Shown here: positions 9,438 through 19,425 of the stretch, one piece after another
Layout: each line of letters starts with the position of its first letter
Numbering within the stretch: the first letter of the stretch is position 1
Source of the DNA: Candidatus Spongiisociaceae bacterium
Lineage (GTDB): Bacteria > Actinomycetota > Acidimicrobiia > Spongiisociales > Spongiisociaceae
Assembly: GCA_965262915.1 (NCBI GenBank)
Contig: OZ253564.1
Location: 3,744,001-3,808,000 of the forward strand
Length of the DNA stretch: 64,000 nucleotides
Direction: 5' to 3'
Program-made: the position numbers and the translations under genes
The notes under the pieces: model-generated
Told to the model about the DNA's origin: nothing
Databases searched by the model: none
What the model saw: only the letters and a program-made list of their open reading frames with translations

Positions 9438-11015
9438 CTAGGTGCGTGAGGACGGTAGAGGAGGGGCGTCGAAGGGGGTGAGACCTTCCCCGATCACCCC
9501 TGCGAAGAAGGGGCTTTGACCGGGAGGGAGAGGAGGTAGGTCGGGAGAGACGAACCTGCCCATCGGTTCTTCGGTGATGTGACCCTGGTCGTAGACGATG
9601 CGGCCTCTGGACAGGGTGGTGAGGATACGGCCGGTCAGGCCTATACCGTCATAGACCTTGCCGCTCCCGCCCGACCTGCTCAGGAACCTGGACGAGTCGA
9701 CGGGTACGCGGGTATCCAGCAGAGTATCGAGGTCGGTGGTCCCGGCCACCACCAAGTCACCCCAGGCGCGGGCCTCCAAGAGGGTCTGGATGTCGGTGTG
9801 TCGGGTGAGCTGCATGAGCTTGGCCGTCTCGACGGTGATGTGCGATCCGGGATCCACCAGCACCAGATCGGCGTCGGCGCCTGCGACGATCGTACCTTTG
9901 CGAGGGTAGATGCCGAACAGTTTGGCCGGATTGGCGCTCATCACCTCCACCGCCCTGACAAGGGGAAGGCGTCCGGTCAGGCCGGCGTCCAGCATCACCG
10001 GGACCAGCATCTCCAACGAGGGAATCCCCTGTCCGGCGGCGGCGAAGTCGGCGGCCGCCTTCTCGGCGGGCGTGAAGGGGGCATGGTCGGAGGCCACCAC
10101 CGCCAGAGACGCATCCGCCAGTGACCGCCAGAGATAGTCGATATCCGATTTGGAACGGAGGGGCGGCGCCACCTTGACGAAATTGCCGAGGCGGGGAAGG
10201 TATGTCTCGTCGAACAGCAGGTAGTGGGGACAGGACTCGGCGGACACGTCGACACCGCTCGCCTGAGCGGCCTGCACCTCTTCGGTGGCCAGCCGGGAGG
10301 TGATGTGAACGATGTGTAGCGGAAGGCCGACTTCCCGGGCGATGGTGGCCACCAGTCCCACGGCGGCCGCTTCCACCATGGGAGGCCGGGAGGGATTGCC
10401 GAACCGGTCCGGAAACTTGCGGAAGTGTTCGATGAACGGCTGGCTCTCGGCATGGACCGCGCATCGCAGCCCCGTGGGCGCCACCGTCCGCAGGCACTCG
10501 TAGATCTCCTCGGGCGCCGAGGCCCACAGTCCCTCGAACTCGTCGAGACGTTCGGGAGGGGGGTTGTGCGTGAATAGCTTGAACCCGATCGCGCCGCTCT
10601 CAGCCATCGCCTCCGCCCGGGCCGGGTCGGTGATCCCCGCTCCGGCGTACAGGGCGAAGTCGATCACGCACTCGGCTTCTCCCAGCTTCCGTCGGGCTTC
10701 GAACGTCTGCGGGGTACTGCAAGGCGGGTTCGAGATAGGCATCTCGAAGAGGGTGGTGATCCCCGCCGCCGCTGCCGCCCGCGACTCGGAGGCGAAGGTG
10801 GCCCGCTCGGGGTGGCTGGGCGCCCGGCAGTGGAAGTGCGCGTCCACCGCACCGGGAATCACCAGCAACCCGGAGGCGTCAATCTCGCTACGGGCCGGTC
10901 CCAGGGAACCCGGTGAACCAACCTCGGAGATGCAGTCACCGTCCACGCCGATATCGGCCGGGTGGGCGCCCCGGTCGCTCACCACCGTCCCCCCGACGAC
11001 TCTCAGATCGAGCAT
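9438..11015 (-). CDS. Dihydroorotase/allantoinase-like cyclic amidohydrolase
   Basis: PGAVDAHFH, GFKLF, VHAE, HIVHIT, ESCPHYL, KVAPPLR, ASDHAP, KGTIVAGADAD. Confidence 0.92.
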   Translation of the reverse strand: MLDLRVVGGTVVSDRGAHPADIGVDGDCISEVGSPGSLGPARSEIDASGLLVIPGAVDAHFHCRAPSHPERATFASESRAAAAAGITTLFEMPISNPPCSTPQTFEARRKLGEAECVIDFALYAGAGITDPARAEAMAESGAIGFKLFTHNPPPERLDEFEGLWASAPEEIYECLRTVAPTGLRCAVHAESQPFIEHFRKFPDRFGNPSRPPMVEAAAVGLVATIAREVGLPLHIVHITSRLATEEVQAAQASGVDVSAESCPHYLLFDETYLPRLGNFVKVAPPLRSKSDIDYLWRSLADASLAVVASDHAPFTPAEKAAADFAAAGQGIPSLEMLVPVMLDAGLTGRLPLVRAVEVMSANPAKLFGIYPRKGTIVAGADADLVLVDPGSHITVETAKLMQLTRHTDIQTLLEARAWGDLVVAGTTDLDTLLDTRVPVDSSRFLSRSGGSGKVYDGIGLTGRILTTLSRGRIVYDQGHITEEPMGRFVSPDLPPLPPGQSPFFAGVIGEGLTPFDAPPLPSSRT

Positions 11016-11055
11016 CTAATGCTTCCGGATCGTCTCCGTTGCTCCGGACTCCCTG

Positions 11056-12300
11056 CTACGCCCGCCGGTAGCCGATCTCGGGGCCCGGTCCCCAACGGGT
11101 GCCCATACCCTCGACGTCCCGTCCGACCTGGGTATAGCCACCTTCGGAGGAGAAGGCGATGTGTCCTCTCACGAAGACCCGCTTGACGTCCTTCATGTGG
11201 TCCAGTGAGGCCAGCGGGTCGCCTCCCACAGCTACCACATCGGCGGTCCTGCCCGCTTCCAGGCTGCCCAGTTGGTCCTCAAGTCCTAAGAGTTTGATGC
11301 CCCGGCGGGTTATGGAGTTGAGCGCGTCCAGGTTGTCGGGACATACCCCGACTTTCACCATGAACTTGAGTTCCTCGGCGATGGCGTAGTGCGGGACCAC
11401 CGGACTTCCGGCGTCGGTACCGAACACGATGGGGATACCCGCGGCGGCGGCCGCGGCGTTGCCGGCGAACCGATCCTTCTCGGCCATCTGGTCCTTGCGG
11501 CGCTCCACATCGGAGACGGTCATCCCGAAGTCCAAGCCGAACTTGACCTGCTGCACCAGCGGGGAGAAGGTTGTGACGATGGGAGTGCCCTTCTCCACCA
11601 TCTTCTCGATGGTGGCGGGACTCATCGACCCACCGTGCTCCACGCAGTCCACCCCGGCGTCCACGACGCGCGAGATGGCCTCGTCGAAGGTGGCGTGGGC
11701 GGTCACCTTCATCCCGTTCTGGTGAGCCTCTTCAACCATGGCCCGCAACTCGTCCATGGTGAACTGCACCTCTTCGTGCGAGCCCATGATCTTGATCCAT
11801 GTCGCGCCGGCCTTGAACTGTTCCCGGATAGCCTTGCGCACCCCGTAGATACCGTCGGCTTCCCGGCAGCACCACCACGTGTGGCCGCCGGTCGTGCAGA
11901 TGGCCCTCCCGTTGGGGAACAGGCGGATCCAGGGGGCCCAGCCGTTGTCGATGGCGGTCTTGGCATCGATGTTGGCATTGTTCATGCCCAGGTCACGGAT
12001 AGTGGTGACCCCGGCCGACAGGGTGCGGTGAATGTTCATCACCGCCTTCATGGCGTTGACGGCCGGGGATTCGTAGGCCTGCACCTCCAGGTCGTGGGTT
12101 CCGTCCCACCCCAGGTGAACGTGGCAGTTCACCAGACCGGGCAGCAGGTACATGCCGGAAACGTCCACCACCTTGTCAGCCGGCCGGCCGTTGGCCGCTC
12201 CCACCGAGACGATCTGCTCGCCTTCGATGACCAGATCCTGTTGTTCGGAGGGTCCGCCGTCCAGGTTTACAACGACTCCGCCTTTGAGAATTGTGCGCAC
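11056..12300 (-). CDS. Metal-dependent amidohydrolase (Xaa-Pro dipeptidase/ochratoxinase-like subgroup)
   Basis: PGLVNCHVH, GVTTIRDLG, TGGH, WIKIM, AHA, VEHG, FGTDAG. Confidence 0.92.
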   Translation of the reverse strand: MRTILKGGVVVNLDGGPSEQQDLVIEGEQIVSVGAANGRPADKVVDVSGMYLLPGLVNCHVHLGWDGTHDLEVQAYESPAVNAMKAVMNIHRTLSAGVTTIRDLGMNNANIDAKTAIDNGWAPWIRLFPNGRAICTTGGHTWWCCREADGIYGVRKAIREQFKAGATWIKIMGSHEEVQFTMDELRAMVEEAHQNGMKVTAHATFDEAISRVVDAGVDCVEHGGSMSPATIEKMVEKGTPIVTTFSPLVQQVKFGLDFGMTVSDVERRKDQMAEKDRFAGNAAAAAAGIPIVFGTDAGSPVVPHYAIAEELKFMVKVGVCPDNLDALNSITRRGIKLLGLEDQLGSLEAGRTADVVAVGGDPLASLDHMKDVKRVFVRGHIAFSSEGGYTQVGRDVEGMGTRWGPGPEIGYRRA

Positions 12301-12323
12301 TTTTGTTCCTTTCTAGTTGCGGA

Positions 12324-13706
12324 TCAGATCTTGCCAAGCCGGCGCAGGGCGGTCCCCACCGCGGCCAGGTTGGGGAGGGTCAACTCCGAGTAGTTCCGGG
12401 AGATCATCACGCCTCCGGCCCCGCCTTCGAACGAGGCTTCCACCATGGCCTCGCAATCGGCGGGGGTGATGTCACGAGCCACCGTCTCCACTCCCAGTCC
12501 GATACCGGGATAGACCTCCACCTCCGGTCCCACCGCTTCCACATAGCGACGAGTGAAGTCGGCGACATATTTAGGGCTGAAACCGGTGGGTGGCAGGTCC
12601 TCGAAGGGCGCCTCGTCCAAGCCGAGAATCTTGTAGAGGATCGGGGTCCACTCGGAAGGGCTGGCGTCACCGAGGATTGTCTTGCACAGGTTGGTCACGA
12701 ACTTGGCGAACCGCGCCCCGCCCGGTGCGTTGTAGAAGACCGGCTTGAGCCAGTCGGCGTACAGCTTGTACTCGGCTGGATCGTGTGCGGCCCGCAACAG
12801 CGGGTTGAAGGTGTTGATCATCTGCCAGATCCCGAAGCCCACCTGGTAGTCGTCGCCGAAGAAGCGGACCAGCCCGGAGATCTCCCGGTAGAGATCCTTG
12901 TGGCCGTCCCACCACAGCTTCTGCCACTGCGAGACCTCGGGGTACTCGAAGAGATGGCGGAGGAACGTGATCAGCTTGCCATCGCGGGGCTGGTGCCCGC
13001 CTCGCACCGCGCTGAGGTATTCGTGAATCTTGCGGTACCCCTCGGCGGCCCGGCCGGCGTCGATGTTACGGCGGTGGGCCTCCGAACGGCAGTGGACGCA
13101 GAAGCACGTGGGGACCTCGTTGCTGACGATCATCGAGGAGAGCGGGTCCTCGCGCTCGATTCCCCACAAGACCCCGTTCAGGTCGTACTCGTTCAGCCAG
13201 TTGTCGATCACCCCGAACCACCAGTTCCGGTAGTTGGGGTTGTACAGGCAGGGGCGGGTGGCCTTGCGGCCCCACGGGTCGACCTCCAGCACCTGGGCGA
13301 AGCCCGGCTGCCAGAGTGGCTTGGGATTCACATGTGCCGTCTCGCAGTAGTAGGGGAAGACCTCGATACCTCTTTCCCGGGCGGCCGGAATGACGTCGCC
13401 CAGGATGTCCCGGCCTTCATAGAGAGGATCGGGGGCCGTGAAATCCTTGACGAAGGTCCCGTGGTAGTACCTGGCGTCAGGCGGGAAGAAGGCCCCGCCC
13501 TGCAGGTTGTCGGGTTCCTGGCCACCGTGGTCGGGATAGTCTCCGCTCCCCGAACGCCCGGCGTTGCCCCGCGCCCACGAGAGGGCGGAGATGAAGATGG
13601 CGTTGACGCCGGCCGACTCCACGAAGATGTCGAGGGTCTCGTCGATCCCCTCGTCGATGAAGCTGATCCCGCCGACCTGCATTCCGACAAAGGTCTGCTC
13701 ACTCAT
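12324..13706 (-). CDS. Conserved hypothetical protein, probable glycoside-hydrolase-like TIM barrel
   Basis: Strong GC3 codon bias, operon-coupled; PCLYNP and CFCVHC cysteine motifs; no signal peptide. Confidence 0.75.
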   Translation of the reverse strand: MSEQTFVGMQVGGISFIDEGIDETLDIFVESAGVNAIFISALSWARGNAGRSGSGDYPDHGGQEPDNLQGGAFFPPDARYYHGTFVKDFTAPDPLYEGRDILGDVIPAARERGIEVFPYYCETAHVNPKPLWQPGFAQVLEVDPWGRKATRPCLYNPNYRNWWFGVIDNWLNEYDLNGVLWGIEREDPLSSMIVSNEVPTCFCVHCRSEAHRRNIDAGRAAEGYRKIHEYLSAVRGGHQPRDGKLITFLRHLFEYPEVSQWQKLWWDGHKDLYREISGLVRFFGDDYQVGFGIWQMINTFNPLLRAAHDPAEYKLYADWLKPVFYNAPGGARFAKFVTNLCKTILGDASPSEWTPILYKILGLDEAPFEDLPPTGFSPKYVADFTRRYVEAVGPEVEVYPGIGLGVETVARDITPADCEAMVEASFEGGAGGVMISRNYSELTLPNLAAVGTALRRLGKI

Positions 13707-13707
13707 G

Positions 13708-14703
13708 TCATTCCTCCAATCGCCGCGCGATGACCCGGCCCGCCGCGGCCAGTTCCTGTGCTACCGATACGGCGCTGGGAATACCACCGGTGTGCGGAGT
13801 CATCAGCAGGTTCGGGGTGCTGCGCAGGGGACTGTCCGGCAGGATCGGTTCCCACCAGAAGACATCCAGGCCCGCTCCGGCCAGGTGACCGCTGTGGAGC
13901 GCGGCCGCCAAGGCGTCCTCGTCCACCAAGCGCCCGCGGGCGGTGTTGACGAAGAACGATCCCTCGGGCATCAAGGCGAACTCGCGCGCACCCATCATCT
14001 TCTCCGTCTCCGGAGTGAACCGGTTGTGAATCGAGACGCAGTGAGATGCCGCCAGCAGCTCGTCGAAGGGCAGATAACGGATCCCAAGCTCCTTTTCCAC
14101 TTCGGGGGAGAAGCGGTTGCGCTTGGTGTAGATGACATCCATTCCGAACGCCACCAGCCTGGTGGCCACCTCGCGCCCGATCTTGCCGACTCCGACCAGA
14201 CCGACCCGCTTGCCCACCAAGGCCTCGAAGAGGTCCAAGCCGACCCAGTTGTAGGAGTAGTTCTCCTGGTCGGTCACGAAGGGCTCCATGCCGTCGACTA
14301 TCACCCCCTCCATGAGGCGGCGGTGGGCGGTGGGCAGGCGTTTGAAGAGAGCCAGGATCATCATCACCGCGTGCTCTGCCACGCTGATCAGCGACGGGGA
14401 CAGGACCTTGTCGGCCCAGATCCCCTGCGCTTCGCAGATCTCGGACGAAGGAGTGGCGCCTCCCGAGTCGAGCGTTACCACCCCGCGAAGAGAGGAGAGA
14501 GCACGGAGTTGGTCGTCGCCGATCCCCTGGCGCCAGAGTGCCAAATAGTCGGCTCGGTCGACCGTGCCCGACGAGAGTGCGTCCTCCAGCACGGTTGCGC
14601 CGGCCGGCAGCGCGTCCAGGAGTGCTGCCACCTGGGCGGCCGAGAAATCCTCGACCAGGGCTACCGCGGGGCCGCTCACCGGCCGCTCCGGCAGTCGTTC
14701 CAT
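13708..14703 (-). CDS. D-2-hydroxyacid dehydrogenase family
   Basis: SVAEH, GLVGVGKIG, FVNTARG, AGLDVF..EP, LMTPHTGG. Confidence 0.92.
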   Translation of the reverse strand: MERLPERPVSGPAVALVEDFSAAQVAALLDALPAGATVLEDALSSGTVDRADYLALWRQGIGDDQLRALSSLRGVVTLDSGGATPSSEICEAQGIWADKVLSPSLISVAEHAVMMILALFKRLPTAHRRLMEGVIVDGMEPFVTDQENYSYNWVGLDLFEALVGKRVGLVGVGKIGREVATRLVAFGMDVIYTKRNRFSPEVEKELGIRYLPFDELLAASHCVSIHNRFTPETEKMMGAREFALMPEGSFFVNTARGRLVDEDALAAALHSGHLAGAGLDVFWWEPILPDSPLRSTPNLLMTPHTGGIPSAVSVAQELAAAGRVIARRLEE

Positions 14704-15872
14704 AGTCGCGTGAAGCGCTCCATGGCTTCGTGCAGCTCATCCCGAGGCGCCAGGTAGGAGATGCGGATGTATTTCACGGCACCCTCGGCGAAGATGTTGC
14801 CCGGTGAGAACAGGATCCCGTAGTCGACCGCCTTGTCGACGAAGGACACCGCATCCATCCCCGACCCCGAAACGTTGGCGAAGAAGTAGAACCCGCCCTT
14901 GGGTTCCCCGTAGGTGACACCCAACTTGTCGAAGGTAGCCCGCATGACAGCCCGGCGTTGGTGGTACTCGACCATCATCTCGTCCAGGAATTCCTGCGGT
15001 CCCTCGAGGGCGGCCAGCGCGGCGTGCTGGGAGGGAAGGGCCGTGGAGATGCTGAGGGAGTGGCGGGGCTCGGTGGCGGCCAGGATGTAGTCGCCCGGCC
15101 CGGCCATGTACCCCACCCGGAAGCCGGTCATGCTGTAGGCCTTGGAGAACCCGTTGATCGTGATCGTGCGATCCCACATTCCCGGCAGGGTGGCGAAGCT
15201 GATGTGCTCGAAGCCGTCGTACACTACCTTTTCGTACAGCTCGTCGGAGACGACCACCAGACCCGGATGCGCCCGCACCACGTCCGCGATCTCGTTCAGG
15301 GTTTCGGGGGTGATCACCCCGGCAGTGGGGTTGTTGGGGGTGACCAGCACCAGCAGCTTGGTGCGCTCGGTGATGGCCGCCTCGATGGCTTCCGGCTTCA
15401 GTTCGAAGTCCTCTTCCTCCACGGTGGGAACGTAGACGATCTTCCCCCCCGCCATGATGATGTTGGCCGGGTAGGCCATGTAATGGGGGGTGGCGAGAAG
15501 CACCTCGTCGCCGGGATCCAGCAGAGTCTGAAGGCTGACCGCCATCGACTCCTGGGCGCCGGCGGTTACCAGTATCTCGGACTCGGCGTCGTACTCGAGG
15601 TTGTTGTCCTGTTTGAACTTGCGAGCTATAGCCTCCCGCAGTTCGATCATCCCCCCGGGCGGGGTGTAGCCGATGTGGCCGGTGTCCAGACAGCGCTTGG
15701 CGGCATCGACGATGTGGGAGGGGGTCGGGATGTCCGGTTCCCCTCTCACCAGGCGGATGATGTCGTCACGGCCCTGGACCTTCCGCATGATCTGGAAGTA
15801 GGGCGACTCGTGGCCGCCGCGGATGCGTAACGTGCGCTCCGCTAACGCTGATCTCAGTGTGCTTTGGCTCAT
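14676..15872 (-). CDS. Class I/II PLP aminotransferase (aspartate aminotransferase-like)
   Basis: GEPD, PNNPT, SDELYE, NGFSKAYSMTGFRVG. Confidence 0.94.
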   Translation of the reverse strand: MSQSTLRSALAERTLRIRGGHESPYFQIMRKVQGRDDIIRLVRGEPDIPTPSHIVDAAKRCLDTGHIGYTPPGGMIELREAIARKFKQDNNLEYDAESEILVTAGAQESMAVSLQTLLDPGDEVLLATPHYMAYPANIIMAGGKIVYVPTVEEEDFELKPEAIEAAITERTKLLVLVTPNNPTAGVITPETLNEIADVVRAHPGLVVVSDELYEKVVYDGFEHISFATLPGMWDRTITINGFSKAYSMTGFRVGYMAGPGDYILAATEPRHSLSISTALPSQHAALAALEGPQEFLDEMMVEYHQRRAVMRATFDKLGVTYGEPKGGFYFFANVSGSGMDAVSFVDKAVDYGILFSPGNIFAEGAVKYIRISYLAPRDELHEAMERFTRLWNDCRSGR

Positions 15873-15937
15873 TGGGACTCCATATCTGAGGCTGTCGGGT
15901 TGGTTCCAGTCGGTCGGGTTGGAAGGCTGCGCGAAAC

Positions 15938-16870
15938 TCAGCCGCCCAAGTCGGCGTAGCGTTGCATACCTTCCGCGATCCCCACTGGATTCCAGCCGAG
16001 GTCGGCGCGGGCCTTGTCACAGGAGATGGTGGTGGCCCGGTCGGGAGTGGCGTCTATCAGCATCTCGGCATCGTCGTCCACCACCACGCCGAACGAATCC
16101 ATAGCCGCTTCCAGCACATCACGGAAGGGAATGGGATTTCCCGACGAGAACGCGAAGGAGCGGCTTCCCATTCCGCCCGAATAGAAGCGCTGGGCGCCCT
16201 CTGCAACGTCGTCCACGAAGATCCAGTCGCAGCGGTCGTCCATGCCGATCACGCGTACCGGAACACCGTCCATGGCGGCGTCGGCCAGTTGCTTGGCCTG
16301 GGTGACGAACGGGCGGGTGTTGCGGAACTCCTCAGCCGGTCCGTACATGGAGGTTGGCCGGATGGCGCCGGCGTCGAACCCGAACATGTCGGCGTACCTG
16401 TAGAGCATGATCTCGGCGGCCAGCTTGGCCGAACCGTAGAGCGAGAAGCCGCCGTCGGCGTCCTCCTCGGTGAGCACCTCTTCATCGAACTGGTTGTAGA
16501 CACCGGCCGAGGAGATGAACAGGAACTTGCCCAGATTCTCCTTGCGGGCGAACTCCAAGGCGTTGAGGGTTCCGATCAGGTTGACCCGCACCAGTTTGGA
16601 CGGGTCCTCCTTCGCCTCCTGGATGCTGGGCGTCAACGCCGCGGCGTGGACGATCCCGTCCACCGATCCGGTGACATCGGTGGACCAGGCAGCCGGGTCA
16701 CCCACATCAAGGACCACGTAGTCGACTCGGTCGCTCGGCGTGTCCGAGCGAGGTGCAAACTCGTCGGGCGGAAGGATGTCGGCCGCCACCACATGATCTC
16801 CGCCCCGGGCAAAGGCCCGGACCAGGGCTCTTCCGAAGAACCCCGCTGCTCCTGTAACCAGTACTCTCAT
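15938..16870 (-). CDS. NAD-dependent epimerase/dehydratase (extended SDR)
   Basis: VLVTGAAGFFG, HAAA, SSAGVY, YGSAK. Confidence 0.92.
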   Translation of the reverse strand: MRVLVTGAAGFFGRALVRAFARGGDHVVAADILPPDEFAPRSDTPSDRVDYVVLDVGDPAAWSTDVTGSVDGIVHAAALTPSIQEAKEDPSKLVRVNLIGTLNALEFARKENLGKFLFISSAGVYNQFDEEVLTEEDADGGFSLYGSAKLAAEIMLYRYADMFGFDAGAIRPTSMYGPAEEFRNTRPFVTQAKQLADAAMDGVPVRVIGMDDRCDWIFVDDVAEGAQRFYSGGMGSRSFAFSSGNPIPFRDVLEAAMDSFGVVVDDDAEMLIDATPDRATTISCDKARADLGWNPVGIAEGMQRYADLGG

Positions 16871-16955
16871 CTCGCCTTGTTCTTCCCTTCTCCCGTGCCT
16901 AGGCACAGGCTGACCTGACACTTGCCGGAATGGGTTGTACCCGCGGGGCCACGCC

Positions 16956-18119
16956 TCAGCCGTCGAGCACGATCCATTCGTCGGTCTGATCGACCATGCG
17001 GGTTCCGCCGTCGGGCCCGACCAGCACGTTGTCGGCGATGCTTATGCCGCCCAGCGCCGCGCCCACTTCGGGATCTTCGAAACCGATGGCCGGATGCAGG
17101 TTGATCATCATGTTGTTCTGCATCATCCGCTCTTTGCCGGGAACCCACGGGGGCTCCAGAGAGTCGATGCCGATACCGTGAGCTGTATAGGAGTTGGCGC
17201 CCATCGCCGAATACCCGTAGGCGTCGTAGACCCGATCACGGGCGTCGAGGACGGTGTCGGAGGACTCTCCCGCCTTCATCGCCTGTACGCAGGCCTCGAA
17301 GCTCTCAACCCGCATCTCCCAGAAGGCCTGCTGTTCGGCGGTGGGAGGTTTGAAGCTGTACACCCGGCGCACTTCGACCCAGTAGCCCAAGGGGCCGCCC
17401 CATTCCAGGTCGATCACGATGATGTCGTCCCTTTCGATCACTCCTCTGGTTCCAGGCCCGAAGCACCGGAAAGGAGCCCGTCCCATCAGAGCGATTCCTT
17501 CCATGCAACCCAGCTGGCGGGCGAGCCGGTGGGCCTCCGAGAGCACGTCCACTTCCTGGACTCCGGGACGCAACTCCGCCTCCAGCGCCCTGAACACCCG
17601 GCGCATGATGTTCCCGGTTTCGATGGTGGAGTCGATCTCCTCCTGGCTCTTGATGGACCGCACGTCGTCGAAGAGATCCGTGGCGTCCACCAGGTCGGCG
17701 TTGGGAAGCGCCGCCCGCATACTGTTGTAATCGGCCACGGAGGTTATGTCGGCCAGTCCCACTATTCCGATGGTGCCGCCGGACAGCCCGTGGTCGGAGA
17801 GGACCGCTCCGATTTCCGTGCCGGCGTCGTCGGGTTGGCGGTAGTCGTTGAGCCACCTGCCCTGCATGGCGTACCCGGTGCCCCACAGAGGATCGGTCAC
17901 GAAGGTCGCCTCGCCCTGCATGGGAAGGACCACGAAACCTCGTCCCGCCCACTGGAAGATGTCGCTCACGTACTGGACCCGTCCCCGTACGAACTCGTCG
18001 CCGCGGCTACATATAACGAAGGCGTCCATGCCCGCCGCCGCCATTGCTTTCCGTAAGGCGGCGTACCGTCGGCCACGCTCGGCATCCGAGGTGATGTGGG
18101 TTACGGGAACGTGTGTCAT
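16956..18119 (-). CDS. M24 family protein, paralog 2
   Basis: Near-identical blocks to 3229-4395 (RGDEFVRGRVQYVSDIFQWAG; IDLEWGGP.GYWVEVRR). Confidence 0.88.
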   Translation of the reverse strand: MTHVPVTHITSDAERGRRYAALRKAMAAAGMDAFVICSRGDEFVRGRVQYVSDIFQWAGRGFVVLPMQGEATFVTDPLWGTGYAMQGRWLNDYRQPDDAGTEIGAVLSDHGLSGGTIGIVGLADITSVADYNSMRAALPNADLVDATDLFDDVRSIKSQEEIDSTIETGNIMRRVFRALEAELRPGVQEVDVLSEAHRLARQLGCMEGIALMGRAPFRCFGPGTRGVIERDDIIVIDLEWGGPLGYWVEVRRVYSFKPPTAEQQAFWEMRVESFEACVQAMKAGESSDTVLDARDRVYDAYGYSAMGANSYTAHGIGIDSLEPPWVPGKERMMQNNMMINLHPAIGFEDPEVGAALGGISIADNVLVGPDGGTRMVDQTDEWIVLDG

Positions 18120-18272
18120 GCGCGGGCTCCTAGTCTTGCGGCGCGGGCTTGCGGGGCGATACTAGTTGGGAAGAGAGCAGCGAAAACCATAGGCGGGTAC
18201 CAGCTGCATGAGACCCGCGCAGGCGGGCTCCGATGGCCTGGCGCAATAGCGCGGAGCGGGACACGAGCCCGG

Positions 18273-19079
18273 TCAGGCGCGCCCGAGCACGATCTGTCTC
18301 ATCGTCCACTCGATATTCGACGTCGTGCCGGATCCGTGCGCCTCGACTTCGAGTTCGTCAGCCAACCGGCGGATCGCCCGGGTGCCATACGTGTCGACGA
18401 CGAATCCACGGTCTCGCCATGCCTCCAGGTTGAGCCGGAATACCGCCGCAGCATGCCGGTCCTGTACTGCGAGAGACCGGACGTGGTCGGCCCTCGTCCG
18501 GAGTAGCCCGTGCCCCCGGATCGTCGCCAATGCTGGGCCGACGTAAAGGGTCCTTCCCTCCTCGGTGAGCAGCGAGTCAACGATCTCGATGTAGCGTGAC
18601 AGCACGCGGTTGGTGGTGGTGATCGACTCCACTTCGTCCAGCAGCAGGAGGCCACCTCCGGAGAGTTGCGATACCCACGCGCCGACCACGGCCGCCGGAT
18701 CTCTCAAGTGCGTCGCTACGAACCGCGCGTACACGAGGTCGGCGGGCCCTACGGGGAAGGGGACGATGGTCGCGTCATGCACCAGGTAACGCTCACCTTG
18801 TCTCGCAGTGCGGCGCGCCTCGGCTACGAACACCTCCGAAATGTCCATCCCGACCGTCTGCCGGGGCCTCAGCATGCTGCTGACAAGGCGCGTCGTATAC
18901 CCGGGTCCGCATCCGATGTCCACAGCTAGATCCGGGTTGTGGGGTGCTGCCTCGCTCAGGAAGGCCCGCGAGGACCCGACGAAGATCTCGGCGAGTAGCC
19001 TCAGCCGGTGGGACGCCGCGGTGCTGTCGCCGAACAGGTACCCGGGCTCCCCCCATGGGTTTCCTCGACCTTCAGTCAT
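18273..19079 (-). CDS. Class I SAM-dependent methyltransferase
   Basis: VDIGCGPG, GMDIS, DLVYARF. Confidence 0.9.
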   Translation of the reverse strand: MTEGRGNPWGEPGYLFGDSTAASHRLRLLAEIFVGSSRAFLSEAAPHNPDLAVDIGCGPGYTTRLVSSMLRPRQTVGMDISEVFVAEARRTARQGERYLVHDATIVPFPVGPADLVYARFVATHLRDPAAVVGAWVSQLSGGGLLLLDEVESITTTNRVLSRYIEIVDSLLTEEGRTLYVGPALATIRGHGLLRTRADHVRSLAVQDRHAAAVFRLNLEAWRDRGFVVDTYGTRAIRRLADELEVEAHGSGTTSNIEWTMRQIVLGRA

Positions 19080-19162
19080 GTTGCTCGACCTTCAGTCTCC
19101 CGGGCAGGCCTCGACCGTTACTCATCCCAGCAGATCGGGGCTGACGCCTAGCGACGGTTCTG

Positions 19163-19190
19163 TGCCATTACTATGCTACTGTTATGCCAT
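19163..19190 (+). promoter_or_regulatory. Leaderless promoter/operator of mazEF
   Basis: TGCCAT/TGCTAC/TGCCAT repeated at 11-bp period; TACTGT -10 box 6 nt before the ATG. Confidence 0.55.
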
Positions 19191-19425
19191 GACTCGGGTT
19201 CGGATAAGCACCACCGTGAGCGATGACCTGTTGGACCGGTCCCGCGCCGCATTCCCGGGCCTCAACGATGCCCGCCTACTGGACCGGGCGCTGGCCGCGC
19301 TCTGTGCCCAGCACCGCGCCGCCGAGATCGACCGATCATATGAGGTCTACGACACCCTACCGCTCGACACCGAGGACGAGTGGGGCAACGTGGTCCATTT
19401 TCTCGAGTCGGCAGGCACCGCGTGA
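19189..19425 (+). CDS. mazE: MazE5-like RHH antitoxin
   Basis: MTRVRISTTVSDDLL...AEIDRSY...DEWG; GTGA overlap with the toxin. Confidence 0.85.
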   Translation: MTRVRISTTVSDDLLDRSRAAFPGLNDARLLDRALAALCAQHRAAEIDRSYEVYDTLPLDTEDEWGNVVHFLESAGTA

